A stretch of DNA of 56,637 nt, counting the filler, from Dirinaria sp. TL-2023a (taxonomy: Eukaryota), in assembly GCA_051941275.1 (NCBI GenBank). It is 3 parts of 3 records of this genome, joined end to end, with 100 filler letters (N's around TTAATTAATTAA, not from the genome) between each part and the next. Parts side by side here need not be neighbours in the genome. Positions count along the whole stretch, not along the records: positions 1 to 18,819 come from JAVEBF010000364.1; positions 18,920 to 37,734 come from JAVEBF010000365.1; 1 more part is not named here. The stretch is one strand, 5' to 3'. Numbering within the stretch: the stretch's first letter is position 1; each line of letters opens with the position of its first letter. The notes under the pieces are model-generated. The model saw only the letters and a list, made by a program, of their open reading frames with translations. It was not told where the DNA came from and searched no databases. Shown here in pieces: positions 11,698-24,813 of the stretch. The position numbers were made by a program, and so were the translations under genes.

Positions 11698-14269
11698 TCA
11701 GTATTCACTCAACCTCAGCTTCTTGCCAATAGCCTTTCTCGCATGTCCAATTGCCCTGTCACTCGGTCTCTCATCTTCTTGGCTTGCTTTAAGCGCTTGG
11801 AGGAGCATGCCTGCATCGAAAAAGCCATCTAGAGAATTTACTCAGTGCCGTTCCCTTGAAGCATGGTCAGTGGACAAGGAACACTCACACCCGCCAAGAC
11901 CTTCATCGTCGCTCTCCGCTTTGCTGTCATCAATCACCGCGTCTGCCTCTCTGATCGCTCGTCCCTGCTTGGGCGAAGTCTTCTGTAGCCTCTCTTCCGC
12001 CTCTCTTGCCCGGCTTGCTTTCATACTCTTTCCTTTGTTAACACTCCTTAAAAGCTTTCGCATTTCTAGGAGATAGGCTTCGATACTGTCCACGAATCGC
12101 TTCGTCTGCCTGTGCTTGCTGCTTGCGCAGACACTGATACTGTCGTCTTTAATGATGTAACCAAGACCGAATCCGTCGCCGGATGTAGGACCAAACCCGA
12201 AATGCCGTAGCGCAGGATTGCCGCAATTGGACGAACTGATGATGGTATTGTTAATCTTGTCCCAGCCGGAATCGGCAAAGATTGCAGGCATAGAGTGCGA
12301 GGGTACATGTGCGCTTCGCCCGGAAGGTGATCTATTCTCGTCCGCAGGCATACCAGAACTCGGCCTGCTGGGAGACCCAGGAGCACTATCGGACGTGCCG
12401 TCCCTGGGCGAAGAGTAACCGTTCGAGCTCATGCCATTGCTCGACGCAGCCTCTGCACCTTCTTCGTCCACCGCGCGCTGCCAAACACAGTACAATGCGT
12501 AGAGGTGTCTATCCTGCCCGAGAGCTTTGGCACATTCTTTCGTCAGGGCTGTGTGTCTCTGGGTTGCCTTTCGAAGGGCATCGACTTTGCGTTGAGGCGA
12601 ATTATCAGCCCAGAAGGTCTTGACGAATTCCACGCTCTCAGGCGTCACAGCACGAATAGCCTCCGTCCGCCCATGTAAGAAAACTTTAGTCATGGCCGGC
12701 TCGTAAACGTTCTCCACGCGTCCATATAACCCGTAGTAGGCAGCTTGGAAGGCCATCTGCACGAAAGCATCGGGTGAGAATCCCATCGAAGTGACGAAGT
12801 TCTTTCCGTAGCCAGCAAATTCAAGCATCTCAAACTCATTCTGCTGGATGAGATCAGCAAGTCGTGTTTCTGCGAAGCGTAAGGCGGTGCTGAGCTCAGG
12901 TAACATATCCCACTCAAGCTTGTGCGGAGTCGTGCTGACATCTCCAAAGCTATCTGGGTCTCGTTTCGCTGGATCTGGGCTGGTGGAAGTCCAAAGACTG
13001 GGAGCTTGTCCGTTTATGCTTTTCGCGAAGCGCAGTATGGTGTCGGTGTAAACGTCTGAAGCCATGCGGAGGACAGTGTGACCATCTACGCCAGTATGTT
13101 CGAAATTGATGCCTGCGCTCCCGTTCTTACAAACGATGATCTGCAATTTATCATACCAACGATTCGTACAAGTGCCTATTTGTACACCCTTAACGACTTC
13201 ACTAGTGCCGCATAACATGTTGCCACAAAGCTCTGAACCTGTCTTCGGCTCTGTATAGTCAAGGCAGAGTATGAAGAGCGCAGTGTCTACGATATTCAGA
13301 CACTCTGTGTTATTCGAATCCTCGTCGCGCGTCAAGACGTCTCTCAAGCCTGCCCAGATCTTACGGTTCTCAGTGCTTAAAACGCCAAGAGCGCCCTTGG
13401 CAGCATCCTGTATAGGAGTTTGCTCAGCATCGTCCACAATAACTTGGAGATTCAGGGCCATGTCCTTCTCAGTCATTATTAGATCGCTAGCTTCGTCCAT
13501 AGCGTCGAACCAGTAGAATTGACCCTTGCATAACACCACGATATGCTTGGACCCGGAATCTTGAGCAATATGGCAACCATTTTCTGTAGGTAGTCGAGCT
13601 GTGCCAAAGAGCCTCGAGTACTGATACATGCATAGTGGATTGCCTCGAAGTGTATCGGGTGGTAGCTCTTCTTTCCGCACCGCGCGTACGAATGAGAGCG
13701 AAGAATTGACCAGTGAAGCAGCTCGAGTGACTTGGTTGTTCCGTGCGGGCGTTGGATCGTCTTCGAGCAGGAAAAAGGGATTGAGGTTAAGAACAACAGA
13801 ATTATCGAAGTTCAGAAAGGAGTCATACCCTTAGCAGCATTAGGTGAATGCGGGTTTAAGATGCGCATTGTCTAAACTTACAGAACTGCTCGATATAACT
13901 AGTTTTCCCACTTGCGTATTTTTTCAGCCTTGATTGGAGCTCTGGCCCTTCGTTCTGGAGGAATTCTGCTACCGCTGCAGCCGTATCTGCCTGCTCTCGT
14001 CCATTTTGCAACGGCTTCAACGCATTGATGTACTTCTCACAAGTACTATCAAGTTCTGGAATGGGCAACTTCGGTAGATTATCCTGCGAAGCATAAGTGA
14101 TGCCGGGCTTGTAGTCCGGCTTGTCCGAGGCAAGAGGCTCTCGGACGGAGCGTGGATATGCTTTTTGAGAATCAGCAGGTGTGGAACGGTCGGTGTCTTT
14201 ATTCGGAGGTTGAGAGCCAGCTACGCTCTCGTTGAGGGACTTAGGCATGGTGAAAGTGCGTACTGTCAT
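11698..14269 (-). CDS. YAT1: Carnitine O-acetyltransferase (Yat1/FacC type), 3 exons
   Basis: LPKLPIPEL, NRWYDKLQIIV, catalytic FEHTGVDGH, SPDAFVQMAFQ, FLHGRTE, GFGPTSGDGFGLGY. Introns lie near 13880-13830 and 11890-11829; the protein ends KKLRLSEY*. Confidence 0.93.
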
Positions 14270-15634
14270 TGCGGGAAAGGTTTAGTAATGCATGGAAAGA
14301 AGAAACGAAAGTAGGTATTTTGAGAGGTTTCAAGACGCTTTGATAAAAGTCGTGGCAATCTTGGAGGTAACAACAAGGTACTTGGATGAGAGACGGGATT
14401 TACAATAGAAGGAGCTATGGCCGTGCGAAGGAAGAGCATGCTGGATATCAAATCCGATATCGCAAAGTGGTTGCGGTTGTTAAGAGCAGTGCCGCCCCAC
14501 CAAGTGACGCTTAGTAGCATATGAAGGGTGTAAGGAGATGCGGACTCAGGGCCAAAGGATCGAAGAAGGATCAACTTACAATATTGGTGATCTGAACCTC
14601 GTGAAGAAGAACGCTACCGCATCGCTTTTCGCCGACGGCTTCACATCGACGGCCTAGTCCGCTCACCCACGACCTAGACTTCCTAAACCCGCCTTCGAAA
14701 GTCAGACTGGAGTCCTAGACGGCGCGTTCTGAACCTGGAAATCCCATGTCTCAAGCACAAAATGCCATCTGGATTTGCCTGAACCTGCCCGGAGAATGAG
14801 GTCACGCTAATGCCCGCTTGCCGGACGAGCGGCTCTTCCGATTCCCAGGCTAAAGGTTCTCCTAGGATAGCGGACGAGAGGAGTTCTTGAAAATTGATCG
14901 CTTGATCTTGACAAGGTTGTTTCACTTTCAGGTGTGACAAGACGACGGCTATGAGGTCGGCTGATGGGTGCATAAGGTAGACACTCCACGAGACTTAGCT
15001 AAGGTAGTCTCAGTAGTAAATAGCATCATGTGATGAACATGACCAGCATCGCTGCGCCGTCTTGAGATTAGTCAGCGAATTAACTCATAATGCAATTACA
15101 AATGATCATGAAAGAATTAGGAAGCTGAGATCTATAATTCGGTATTGCGATAGATGCGCCTCCTCAGATAAACGTCACGTGAGCGTCCTCCATGTAAGCT
15201 TCCAGGAGCTCCTCAAGTGGCGTCATATGGCACCGATACTCAAGTGATAGCATGATGTCCCCTTTTAACTTGGTATCGCTATTTCATTTCTTCAATGCAG
15301 AAGAGCAGCTCCAGGAAGAAACTCAATGCTAAAATGTTCACATCATCTCGAGAGTCAGCTTGGGCGCTTTTATACGAGTTAACTTAAGGGATGAGCCAAG
15401 TGCTGGTAGAGCTGCCGGTAACCTTGGTCAAGAGATGAAGTTAGTGAATGCAAATGGAATGATCTGTATGTAGAAACCCACTTGTGCTAATATGTGGCAC
15501 AAATTCTACCCCTTTGACTGTGTGTAGCAATAACGCAGAAAGCACTGCAGCTGATTTTTACACGCTGAAATGCTCTGATCAAGCAGAAAAGGCTTTGGCA
15601 ATGACCTCTACCAGGCACATTCAATAGCTGGAGC

Positions 15635-16500
15635 TCATTGGTTCTCTCTCATCTGCCCTCCACCATTCCTTCTAGCCCCCCTCTGTGTCGTCACAGCTGG
15701 ACTGCTTCCGAATACTGAAGCTCCCAGCACGCCTGCACCGCCAGCGTTTCCAACTTCCCTAAAAGCTGTCGTGGGCAGCGCACCGTCATCACTACTCTCA
15801 TCCTCCAGATCGGTGTCGGTATGCTGATAGCTGCCGGCTTCGGGAACATCGTCATCCAGATCCCTTCCTCCACCCTCATCCGCGTAGTCCCCCTCACCCT
15901 CGTCTTCCATGCCAGGTAGCATCACGTCATCGTCAAGCTCTTGCTCATCGTCCACCCAATCCTCTGCAGCGGCATCGTCGTCATCCGCGTCCGGTACATC
16001 GTCATCTAGATCCCTCTCCAGCTCTTGCGGGCCCTCACCCATAGCCATTGCATGCTGCTCTCGTTCCAAAGCCTCCGCTTCGGCGGCGGCTTGTGCTTCG
16101 GCTAGTGCAAACTCACGCTGAGCAGCAATTTCTTGCTCCTCACGCTCCGCACGCTCGTCAGCCATGCCTTGCAGCGTTTTCGGTATTCCCGGTGGACGAA
16201 GCCACCCAGCCCCGAAGCGGCGGATGTTGGCTTTACGATTGGTGACCGCATTTTCGTCGGCGCGGAGGACAGAGAGGAGGGTACGGGTCTGAGACCGAGA
16301 GCCGTGTTGATGAGGATGGCCGTGCGCGTGGGGCCCTTGAGTGTGCTGGGAGCTGTGGGAGGGATTAGGATGGTGGATGGTTGATGATAGTGATGGGTAG
16401 TAGAGGGAATGCGCCTGGGACAGGTATCAGAAAATCTTCAGTAAGGCTACTAGATTTCTCGCACGTCTTGAGGCCACAGCGGTGGCAGCGAAGACAGCAT
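15635..16500 (-). CDS. APC15: Anaphase-promoting complex subunit Apc15/Mnd2-like, 2 exons
   Basis: MLSSLPPLWPQD|AHSLYY...RKANIRRFGAGWLRPPGIPKTLQGMADERAEREE, then an acidic tail with repeated RDLDDDVP(D/E)A. Confidence 0.85.
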
Positions 16501-17305
16501 CGTTGGATAGTAGATGGACGTCCTCGAGCTTGACAGCCGGCCTCAGCTCACGGGAGCCAGATCAACGAGGTCGTAGAATCGTTCTTGTTGCCCTGGAGAA
16601 ACGCGTCGCCAATCGATCGTATCATAAATGCTTGGCATTCGTATCTAACCGGACCCTTGGCCTCCCCTCCCCTCGGTGTCAGCATCATATCTCTCAATTC
16701 ACTCTCCCAAGCAAGAAAATGTCTGAGCACCGTTGATGGTTTGCATCGCTGAGACGACTAAAGACGCCTGGATTTAGATGTTCTTAAACAATGTCAGAGA
16801 GATTCGTCATCGATATGTCCTTGAATGAAAGCATAGCGATTTCTCTTTTCTCCACAGTTCCCACAGGCATTCTATATTCAGTGCAATAAGAAACTGGGTG
16901 CAGTGATCCTTTCTTAGATCATATACTTTGTTGAATTTTTTTTCCTCTTCTGGCTTTCATTTCTACCCCATACCCGAAAATTCTACCAGGAAAGAGCTGC
17001 TTGTGGAAGCGACTTATGTCGTTTCTCGAACCGATAATATTCGACTTGCAATGTGATTTTCATGAACTTAGCTTGCCTTTTTTTTTTTTTTTTGTTGCAC
17101 AGCAGGCGTCCAGGTTTTGTTGGGGTTTATATCCCTCAAAATACATCGCCGAGAATGGTGAACCACAGAATCAACCCCTTTTTCTTCCTCTTCCGGAAAA
17201 ATTACTCCTGGTTGGGGCCATATCCCGTGGCACAACAATGTTGAGCTCATGGTTGAGCCCGTTATTTGAGGTACTTTTAGCAATCACCGATGGACATTGA
17301 GCTGC

Positions 17306-17313
17306 TATATAAA
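17306..17313 (+). promoter_or_regulatory. Candidate TATA box of the 17484 gene
   Basis: TATATAAA about 175 nt upstream of the ATG at 17484, followed by a pyrimidine-rich leader. Confidence 0.5.
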
Positions 17314-17483
17314 GGCGTCCTTGCTCCCTCTATCGTCATCTAACCAAAGATCATAGACGCCGAAGCACTGAATTTTTGTAACTTGACTTTTACTTGCCTC
17401 GAAATCCTCCCATACTAAATATACCCTGCTCTCCCATACGCAGCACTTGCTTCTGGATCAAAACTATCTAATATCTAAGCAAC

Positions 17484-18008
17484 ATGGCTCCACCTTCACA
17501 ACCCTCCCGTGCTGCTACTGCTCCTGGAAAATGGATCGCTCCTGACTCATGGAACAATCAACCTGTCGCGATCGCCGTAATAGTCTTTGTCGTGGTCGGT
17601 GTCGTCGGCGGCCTGCTCATCTGCCATTTTCGACGACGCATATATAGTAAGCAGCGCAGCTGCCGTGAGGAATTAAATGATCTCAGAAGCGCTCACGAGA
17701 AGCTTGCCACACGCCTTCGCTGTCCGGAACGAACCTTTCCTACCGGACTAGCGTATCCTGAACCAGTTGTTACGGCGAGCAAAACCTCGACGGATGATTT
17801 CGCACCCTTCTCTAACTCGACTACCCATTATTTAGCACCAATACCTACCATCTCTCACGAAAGCAGTGCTACTCGTCGCGATGGTTCTATTAGCCGCTCA
17901 CCGCCAGGACTCAGGATATCGCCTTCCCCACCTCCACCGTCTTCTCCATCCGAGCTGTCTCCCCTGAGTCTTTCGCCGCCTGAGTTCCCTCAGACCGGCA
18001 ACACGTAG
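17484..18008 (+). CDS. Hypothetical single-pass membrane protein (174 aa)
   Basis: Good start context (caacATGg), one hydrophobic helix (VAIAVIVFVVVGVVGGLLIC) followed by HFRRR, and a Ser/Pro-rich tail. Confidence 0.6.
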   Translation: MAPPSQPSRAATAPGKWIAPDSWNNQPVAIAVIVFVVVGVVGGLLICHFRRRIYSKQRSCREELNDLRSAHEKLATRLRCPERTFPTGLAYPEPVVTASKTSTDDFAPFSNSTTHYLAPIPTISHESSATRRDGSISRSPPGLRISPSPPPPSSPSELSPLSLSPPEFPQTGNT

Positions 18009-18247
18009 CCAAACTCGGGCAATGGCTCGCGGACTTAGCTTAACATACAGGCTTCTTTGAAATATTTTTCCGGTTGAGCACCCGACGGTGGCGAGCAATG
18101 AGTATATACCATGCTCAGTCGGCCCGGTATCTTCATTACTCGCTGCGATCATTGTTGGGAAACCCATGCTTGTACTCTCGCCGCAGATGAACCTGTTAAG
18201 GCTGTCTTCTCTGTCTAACTCCAAACATCTCTCGATGGTAGCTCCAG

Positions 18248-18273
18248 TGCTGCTGCTGCTGCTGCTGCTGCTG
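18248..18273. repeat. (TGC)n microsatellite
   Basis: About 8.7 perfect TGC units. Confidence 0.9.
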
Positions 18274-18819
18274 ATCTTATGTTCGATCTTTCCGAAGACT
18301 AGTCAGAGTAGAACGATAACGATGTTCGGTGTTTACGAGTATGGAGACCTTTCATAGCAAGCGATAAAGCATAAATCATAACCCTGTTATACAGTGTCCG
18401 ATAAAATTCAGTCCTGATCAAAAGCATTTTCCATTGATCGCAAATAATACAACCAAAAAAAACAAAAATGCATTCTCACCTTCCTCCCCCCCCCCACCGC
18501 TCAGAATCTTTCCTCTCCCCCAACGTAATAACGTATCCCACAAATGCAACTGTGACTGCTTTTCCCGAGGACACTTTTATCTTTCAACTGTTCTGAACAT
18601 CTGATGCTTCATCTCTCTCTCTCTCATCAATACCCACCGACCTCACTCTCCCTCTCCTCCAACTCCTTTTTCGCTCTAACCTTCGATTTCCGCATCTTGA
18701 AACCTATCACGCAACGTATTAGCACTCACCACCAGCTCAATTTTCCTTAACGCCACCCAGTAAGCAACAATCAGAATTCTAGAAACCCCCTTCCCGCCAT
18801 CCCCGCCCCCCCCCCAAGC

Positions 18820-18919
18820 NNNNNNNNNNNNNNNNNNNNNNNNNNNNNNNNNNNNNNNNNNNNTTAATTAATTAANNNNNNNNNNNNNNNNNNNNNNNNN
18901 NNNNNNNNNNNNNNNNNNN
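18820..18919. other. Assembly gap / artificial contig linker
   Basis: 44 N + TTAATTAATTAA (stops in all six frames) + 44 N, flanked by poly-C tracts. Confidence 0.97.
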
Positions 18920-19606
18920 CCCCTCCCCTCACGCCCAACAAAAATAAATTAAAACCCAGCTTCGCGGACATTGGAACCGGCTTTCTCAAAAGAAAAAAAA
19001 AAAAACAAGGTGAAGTAGAAGGAGTACCTAGCTAGCCTACGCCAAATGCCAATAATAGAAAGTAAAAGTCATAAGATAAGAGTCGGGAAAGGAAAAGAGA
19101 GAAAAAAGGAAGGGTGGTTTTAACAAACAGTAACTAAACTCGTGCACACAACTGCAACCCATATTGTTGCCTTGATAATGGATAAGAAAAATAGAAGCCT
19201 GCTATATCCCTTGATTCATCCGGTGACAATATGTATTCGGTTAATCATGCACGTCTCTCATTTCCTGGACTTTTGCGGCTCTGATCTCAAAAACCGTGAT
19301 CCTGGAGCGGAGCGGAATAGCTATGAACGGGATACACTAACATGACTATCTATCAGTGGTGTGCTTTGGTTTTGCCAAAATCCAAGAACCTTGTACTTCT
19401 TTTCCCTATCCTTTGCATGATGCGACGTTGAGTCGTCATCGGGGTATTGGTTGGAAGCAGATATCCTCCCATCGACCAATGGCGAATCCCATTGTACTTG
19501 ACATTTTCCCCCAAGCCTTGATCTATTGTTCACCGCCTAATTGCCATGGCTCTTGGTGAACAAGTACCTTCTTCGCACTGGACAGTTTCATCGCCGTGAG
19601 ATTGAC

Positions 19607-22600
19607 CTATTGAGCAGCCTTAGCAGCGTCAGATTCCGTCAGCCCCTTCCGGATAGCCAACACGCTATCGACAATAACCGCGTCAATGCCCTCCTTGACT
19701 TGCAACTTCTATTCGTCAGCTCTTTGCCCGAAACCTCTCGACAAACATATATGCTGACCTTAACTTTGTCCGGGTCATTGTTCATCGTCCCGTAACTGAC
19801 GCAAACGAGCCCACTCTCTTTAACCACCTTCACGAGCCGTGGGCTAATGACCAAAGGCTCAGCCGCCGATACCACGCCCAGAAGATTCCATCGACTGGCA
19901 AATCTGATCGCCTCTTGTAGACTCGAGGCTCTGATGTCGCCCACTGGGCATGTACCGGCATCAGTCAGGAGAAGTATCGGGATAGACGGCTGCTTGAAAG
20001 AGAGCAACAGGCAGATGTCCGGATTGAAGGACGAGAACATGATATTGCGGGACTGTCCCAGATCGTAAACCTTGGTCAAGACGGTATCGACGAACGAGTT
20101 GAGTTCGACCGCATAGGTATCCATCTCCTGTTCCTCTGATTCATGCAGCATCGGATATTTCATTTCGATGTTGAACCCAATACTTTTCGGGAGCTTCTTC
20201 AACATCTCTTCCAAAGTCGTGAAGGGTGCCTGGATGAAGGGTCCCCGACTATTGCCCTTGTAACCCTTTTCCTTGAAATCGCGGGTATGCTTCATGCGCT
20301 CGTTCATTTCCGAGTACTCCGACTTAGGTCCACCTTCCGACATGGATCTGTGGCGCCGAGGATCTTGGACCTTGGTGGATTCGGTGTGACCATCAGAGAT
20401 TTCAGGGGATGTTGGACGAGAGGGACGAGGTGTCCGAGTATCGTTGACGTGCAGGAACTGCAGGGCTTTAGTAGTTTTCGTATGGAGTAGTTCCGGGGAG
20501 TGCTCACCTGCTCCAGGGTGAGGGTGTGCACAGGAGCGTCAATGCCAGTCTCGCTAACCAGGAAGTCGTGGTAAATTACGGGGACGTGGTCCTTCGTCAA
20601 TTGGACATCTTTCCTGCGTTAGTATAGCAACGGATGGTGCAAATTCTCGACATACCAAACTGTGCAAGATTAGCCATAATTCCGAAGCCTGGAGCTGGAG
20701 TACGCTTACCTCCACGTAAGAAGCGCCCAGGTTTGCTGCAGCAATGAACGACTACGGCACGTCAGATCATGAAACACCACAAAGGTCTAGCTGATTACCT
20801 GAATAGTATTTTCACCAAGCTGCAGAGACCTTCTGGATGCCAAGTTCTTGCCCAAGCCTTCGCAGTCATTAGGTATATCCACATCAGAGGAATGTGGTCA
20901 ATCACCTCTATGACCAATAACCATAGTCGAAGTCAGGCTCTTCCAATAAGTTTGATTCTCATTGATAGATATATTAGGGTGCGTGAAGGGCGTAATGATC
21001 AAGAAATTGAAGTTGACTGATCCAATCACTTCGAGAGTGTTAGCTGCTACAATCGGGACCGTCACGTCTCCTTGCAACGAAATCCGCTTCGAGCCAATGC
21101 TCGGTTTCACGCTGGAGAGCAGGGCAACTCCCCGTCCGACCACGTGCTGATAGTTGCCGGCATAAGTAGGCACCACATCAAAGATCAATTTGGCCTTCGT
21201 CGCATCCAATGTAGTAAATACAATAGGCTCAGTGCTAATGTTATCCTGCACTGGCAAGTCTGTAATAGAAGGCTCTCCAGTCGCACCGGTGGCGGACACG
21301 ACAACGGACAGCGCAGTATCCAGCTGTGTTGAGTGCGCATCTGTAAGCGGAATACGGTCGAGGCTTACTGCTTCGATTGCCTTCCTCGAATCCATCGTCC
21401 CAAGACTGACAAGGATCATGCTTTCTTTGGTCAGGTAGCGATGTCCAAATGTCTTGACGGGTTCAGTGGTTCGAAATGTGGCGTTGCCATTCAGTGCAGC
21501 ATTAGATGTCCTATCGGCAAGCGAAAGCACAGAAGGGGTGGTTGAAAGAGGAGGAGCTGCCGAAGAGTCCGAGTCAGATCCAGATGGTGCGGTAGTTACC
21601 TCCGCCAATGTCTTAGCTATCTCCATGTGGCCTCTGAGAGCGGCATGCTCCTTCGCAGACCATCCGGAAGTGTCAAGCCGCTCAAGGTCCGCACCCGCTG
21701 CGATGAGCGACTCCACAATCTTCAAATGGCCATCAACGCAGGCTGTGAACAGTGGCGTCCAGCCAAAGGAATGCTCGGCTACTTCTGTATTGGCCTTGCG
21801 GCCTGCATGGTGTAGGAGTGCTGCAGCGCAGTCGGCGTGCCCAAAGCGAGCGGCCACATGTAGCGCCGTTTCTCCTTGATCATCTTGATAGTCCAAATCC
21901 ACACCAGCTTCTACCAGTAGGTTGACGATGACGACGTAATTGGACTTCGTCGCCAAGGCTAGAGCATCGCTTGACTTCGACTTATGCTTCTGTATAGCGG
22001 CTCGGCGTTCTCTTAGTCCTTGCCAGTTTTCTGCACCAAGCAAGGCTTCGGTAGTCAGTGAGTGGCCTCCAAGGACACTAAGGTGGAGGGGAGTGTAGCC
22101 ATCCCCATCTTGCCAGAACGGCGCATCGATGCCGTCTTCCACCTCGAACAGACTCCAGGTGAGCATACGCGCTATGATGATCTGGCATATGATGACGAAG
22201 CCGTATTGTGCTGCGTAGTGTAATGGTATTCTGCCATAAGTGTCTCTTTCTCGGAGAGCATCTCTCTGATGCGGACGTAGCTTGTCCAAGAGGTACTGGA
22301 GTAAGATCACAGACCTGTCATCCCGTCCTAGGCCAGTGGCTCCGTCAACTTCTTTGGTGTAACACGCTTGTGGGGCTAGGATTGGAGCTGCGGCGGGAGT
22401 AATGTAGGTTGTTGCAGTGCTGGGAATACCATTGGATAGATGCACTACTTCTTCTTCGTCAACGGTCGACTTTGAACGTGTCATCGAAATCACAAGACGG
22501 TGTATGCAATTACGCTGGTTGATATCGTCTTCCTCGACCAAGCTTGGAAGCTGATCAAGCAGCTGGTCGATGCATGCCTTGGCCCTGTAGAGAATTGCTC

Positions 22601-23409
22601 GCTGTAGGAGGTTGAGCTTTAATGACGAGTGCGACGCGTCATCTCGGTTCGATGGCTCTATTTCCGCTGCAGTCAGAAGAGCCATGAGAGTCGACGAGTC
22701 GTCATTCCGCAGCGCAAAATCTAATTTCTCGACAATGCCAGTTGATAGTTTCAACGACGATTTAGACGAGACGCGGTGAAGCGAATGCGAAGAATGGGTG
22801 GAACTCCCATCGTCAGTGATCTTCAATTCCCCAAGAGCGGATAGCCAATCGTTGACGGTCTTCATTGTCTCCTGTAGAGCAACGATTGTAGCAAACTGTT
22901 TCGGGTCGACTTTTGTCTCCAAATAACGCCTCTGAGTCGATGCATTGGGGACCTTCTTGTCAAGCTTCTTCGTGATCTTGATAAATCCTCGGCGATTGAC
23001 TTCGCCATACCACTGCAGCTTTCTCAGCTGTCCCCGTAGCTCAAGCAAAGCCCCCATGAGGTCCTGAACTTCGTCTCTATCTATGTGCTTGATGTCTTTG
23101 GTGGCCGCTCCGTAACGATCTTGTAGTAGCTTCAACCGCCGAGCAGCGTCTGCGTACTTCTTGTTGTAAAAGTCGTCCACATCTTCTAGATTACGATCTA
23201 GGGAATAGAAGAAGGCTGCAAAAGATGTTAATTTCGACATGCAATAAGGGACATAAGCTGGATGTGTACGTGCCTGCAGTATCAGGAGTCCTTCCGCGTT
23301 TGACGGCTTCTGTGGCCGACTTGATAAGCTTCTTCAGAGCTTTGTATTTGATGTAATGGGTTGCCCACTCGGGCACCTGATTTCGGGGGAGGTTGCGGCC
23401 AAACTTCAT
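19607..23409 (-). CDS. GDE1: Glycerophosphodiester phosphodiesterase Gde1 (SPX-ankyrin-GDPD)
   Basis: SPX start MKFGRNLPRNQVPEW..YIKYKALKKLIK; ankyrin repeats (GRIPLHYAA, GETALHVAA, GWTPLF); GDPD motifs VIGHRG, YVEFDVQLTKD, FNIEMKY, EGIDAVIVD. Eight exons, including a 4-nt exon and a GC-AG intron. Confidence 0.95.
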
Positions 23410-24442
23410 GATGAACACAAATGGCAGGCCAAAGCCCGCTCACAGAAGAATAGCTAAACGAGTGGTGTAAAGGAATGGAAGGGAGCAATGCTTCAGAGGT
23501 AAGAGCGCAGTCGGATTTTGCAGAAAACGAAAGGTAGGCGAGGTACGGCGGACTTTGTATCTGCCATTGTAAATAACTTAAGCCTCGTGCAAGAGAGAAT
23601 TCTATGGGTGAGGAAAAATGTGCTCGAAGAGATATGTTCGCGCGCAATGCCAGGAATTGCTGAGCGTGCTGGATGCAGCGTTTCTCGTTGGACAATGGAA
23701 CTAGTGGCGGAGGCAAGAAAGAATCGCTGGATGATGTCAATTTGGTTGGGGAGCCTTGGAAATAAGCGACGAAGATGCAGAGGAGGCGGGGACATGATTT
23801 GGGAAAAGATGGAGGGAGAGCAATTGGGGTATTAAATACTTTAGGTATAAGGTAGGTAGGGACCTGGATACTTCTAGATCATTTGCTTTAGGGAAATGGG
23901 GAAGGAATTGGATTCCGCAAATCACACACAGAAAGGTACACACCGCCCGAAATCCTCATCAAATCTGATATGCAGAAACATGCACAACAACGGCTTTAGG
24001 CGAGGCAGAGCCCAATAGAGCCTCCCGCTAACGCCGCCGCCCGGGGGGTCAGCCGGGGTCACACACGCCATCGCCCTTGCCAAGCGCTTCTCCTGCACCC
24101 AGAGCGATCGAGCGTCAAGCAAGACGGGAGAAGGCAATTGCCCCGATCGGGTTCTAGTAGCAACGTACAACACTAAGGTACCAGTACCCCAACTCAGGCA
24201 CACTGAAATAATGGGACACGAAAAGAATCCTCAAGATTTGATCGGCCTTGCGAGGTTGGCGACTTACAAGTCCGGGACTTACGGCAGCGTCACAGTTAAG
24301 TAGTGGTCATCGGCAAAGCAGGCACAATTGATTGAATCATTTCATTCGCTCTACGTACATTGGATGCTATAAAGCGCCAGCATAGCCAAAAACAACACAC
24401 CCACAAGCTAATATTATGCATTGTAATGCCAGAGATTTCCAG

Positions 24443-24813
24443 AACCTGTCAGACCTCCATCGACACCCACCCAGCTCAGCCGACCGAAGCCAGACACCGA
24501 GACAGGGCCGAGATCATCACCACTCTCTCCTTCGTCGCAACCACAAGTGGAAGCGCCAAGGGGCCCTAAGGCCACGAGAGTACTAAGGCTGTTCACTCTT
24601 GGGCGCCGAGGACATCTTGGTCATCAGCCAGGTTGGAGATTCTGTGGCTTTTTTGAGAAAACCAGTGAGAGACGCATACTATAGAAATGATTCTCTAAAG
24701 CACGCAATCATGTCAGCATACATCACAATGGTAGCATAATATGTTAACGGGGGACAAAATAATAGAGAGGGCAAATGTAGGGGGTATGGGGGCTTACATG
24801 AAGTGTGGTCGAT
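24443..24813 (-). ncRNA. U3: U3 snoRNA interrupted by a 103-nt spliceosomal intron (24797-24695)
   Basis: Spliced 5' end ATCGACCACACTTCAT|AGAATCATTTCTATAG resembles the yeast U3 GAC/A'/A boxes. Then AGCCACAGAATC, box C' (TGATGA), box B (AGAGTGA), box C (TGATGATC), box D (CTGA) and a terminal stem AACCTG/CAGGTT. TATAAA lies about 30 nt upstream. Confidence 0.93.

Noticed and set aside
18864..18875. TTAATTAATTAA palindrome as a biological element (for example a transposon target site)
   Set aside because: Embedded symmetrically in Ns twice; an artificial linker.
23282..24203. Several 70-150 aa ORFs upstream of GDE1
   Set aside because: Low-complexity 5' UTR/promoter sequence with no motifs; overlapping on both strands.
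24695..24797. Possible nested intron within the U3 intron (gttaac and gtatgc motifs)
   Set aside because: No AG follows the gttaac before the terminal acceptor, so no inner intron can be defined.
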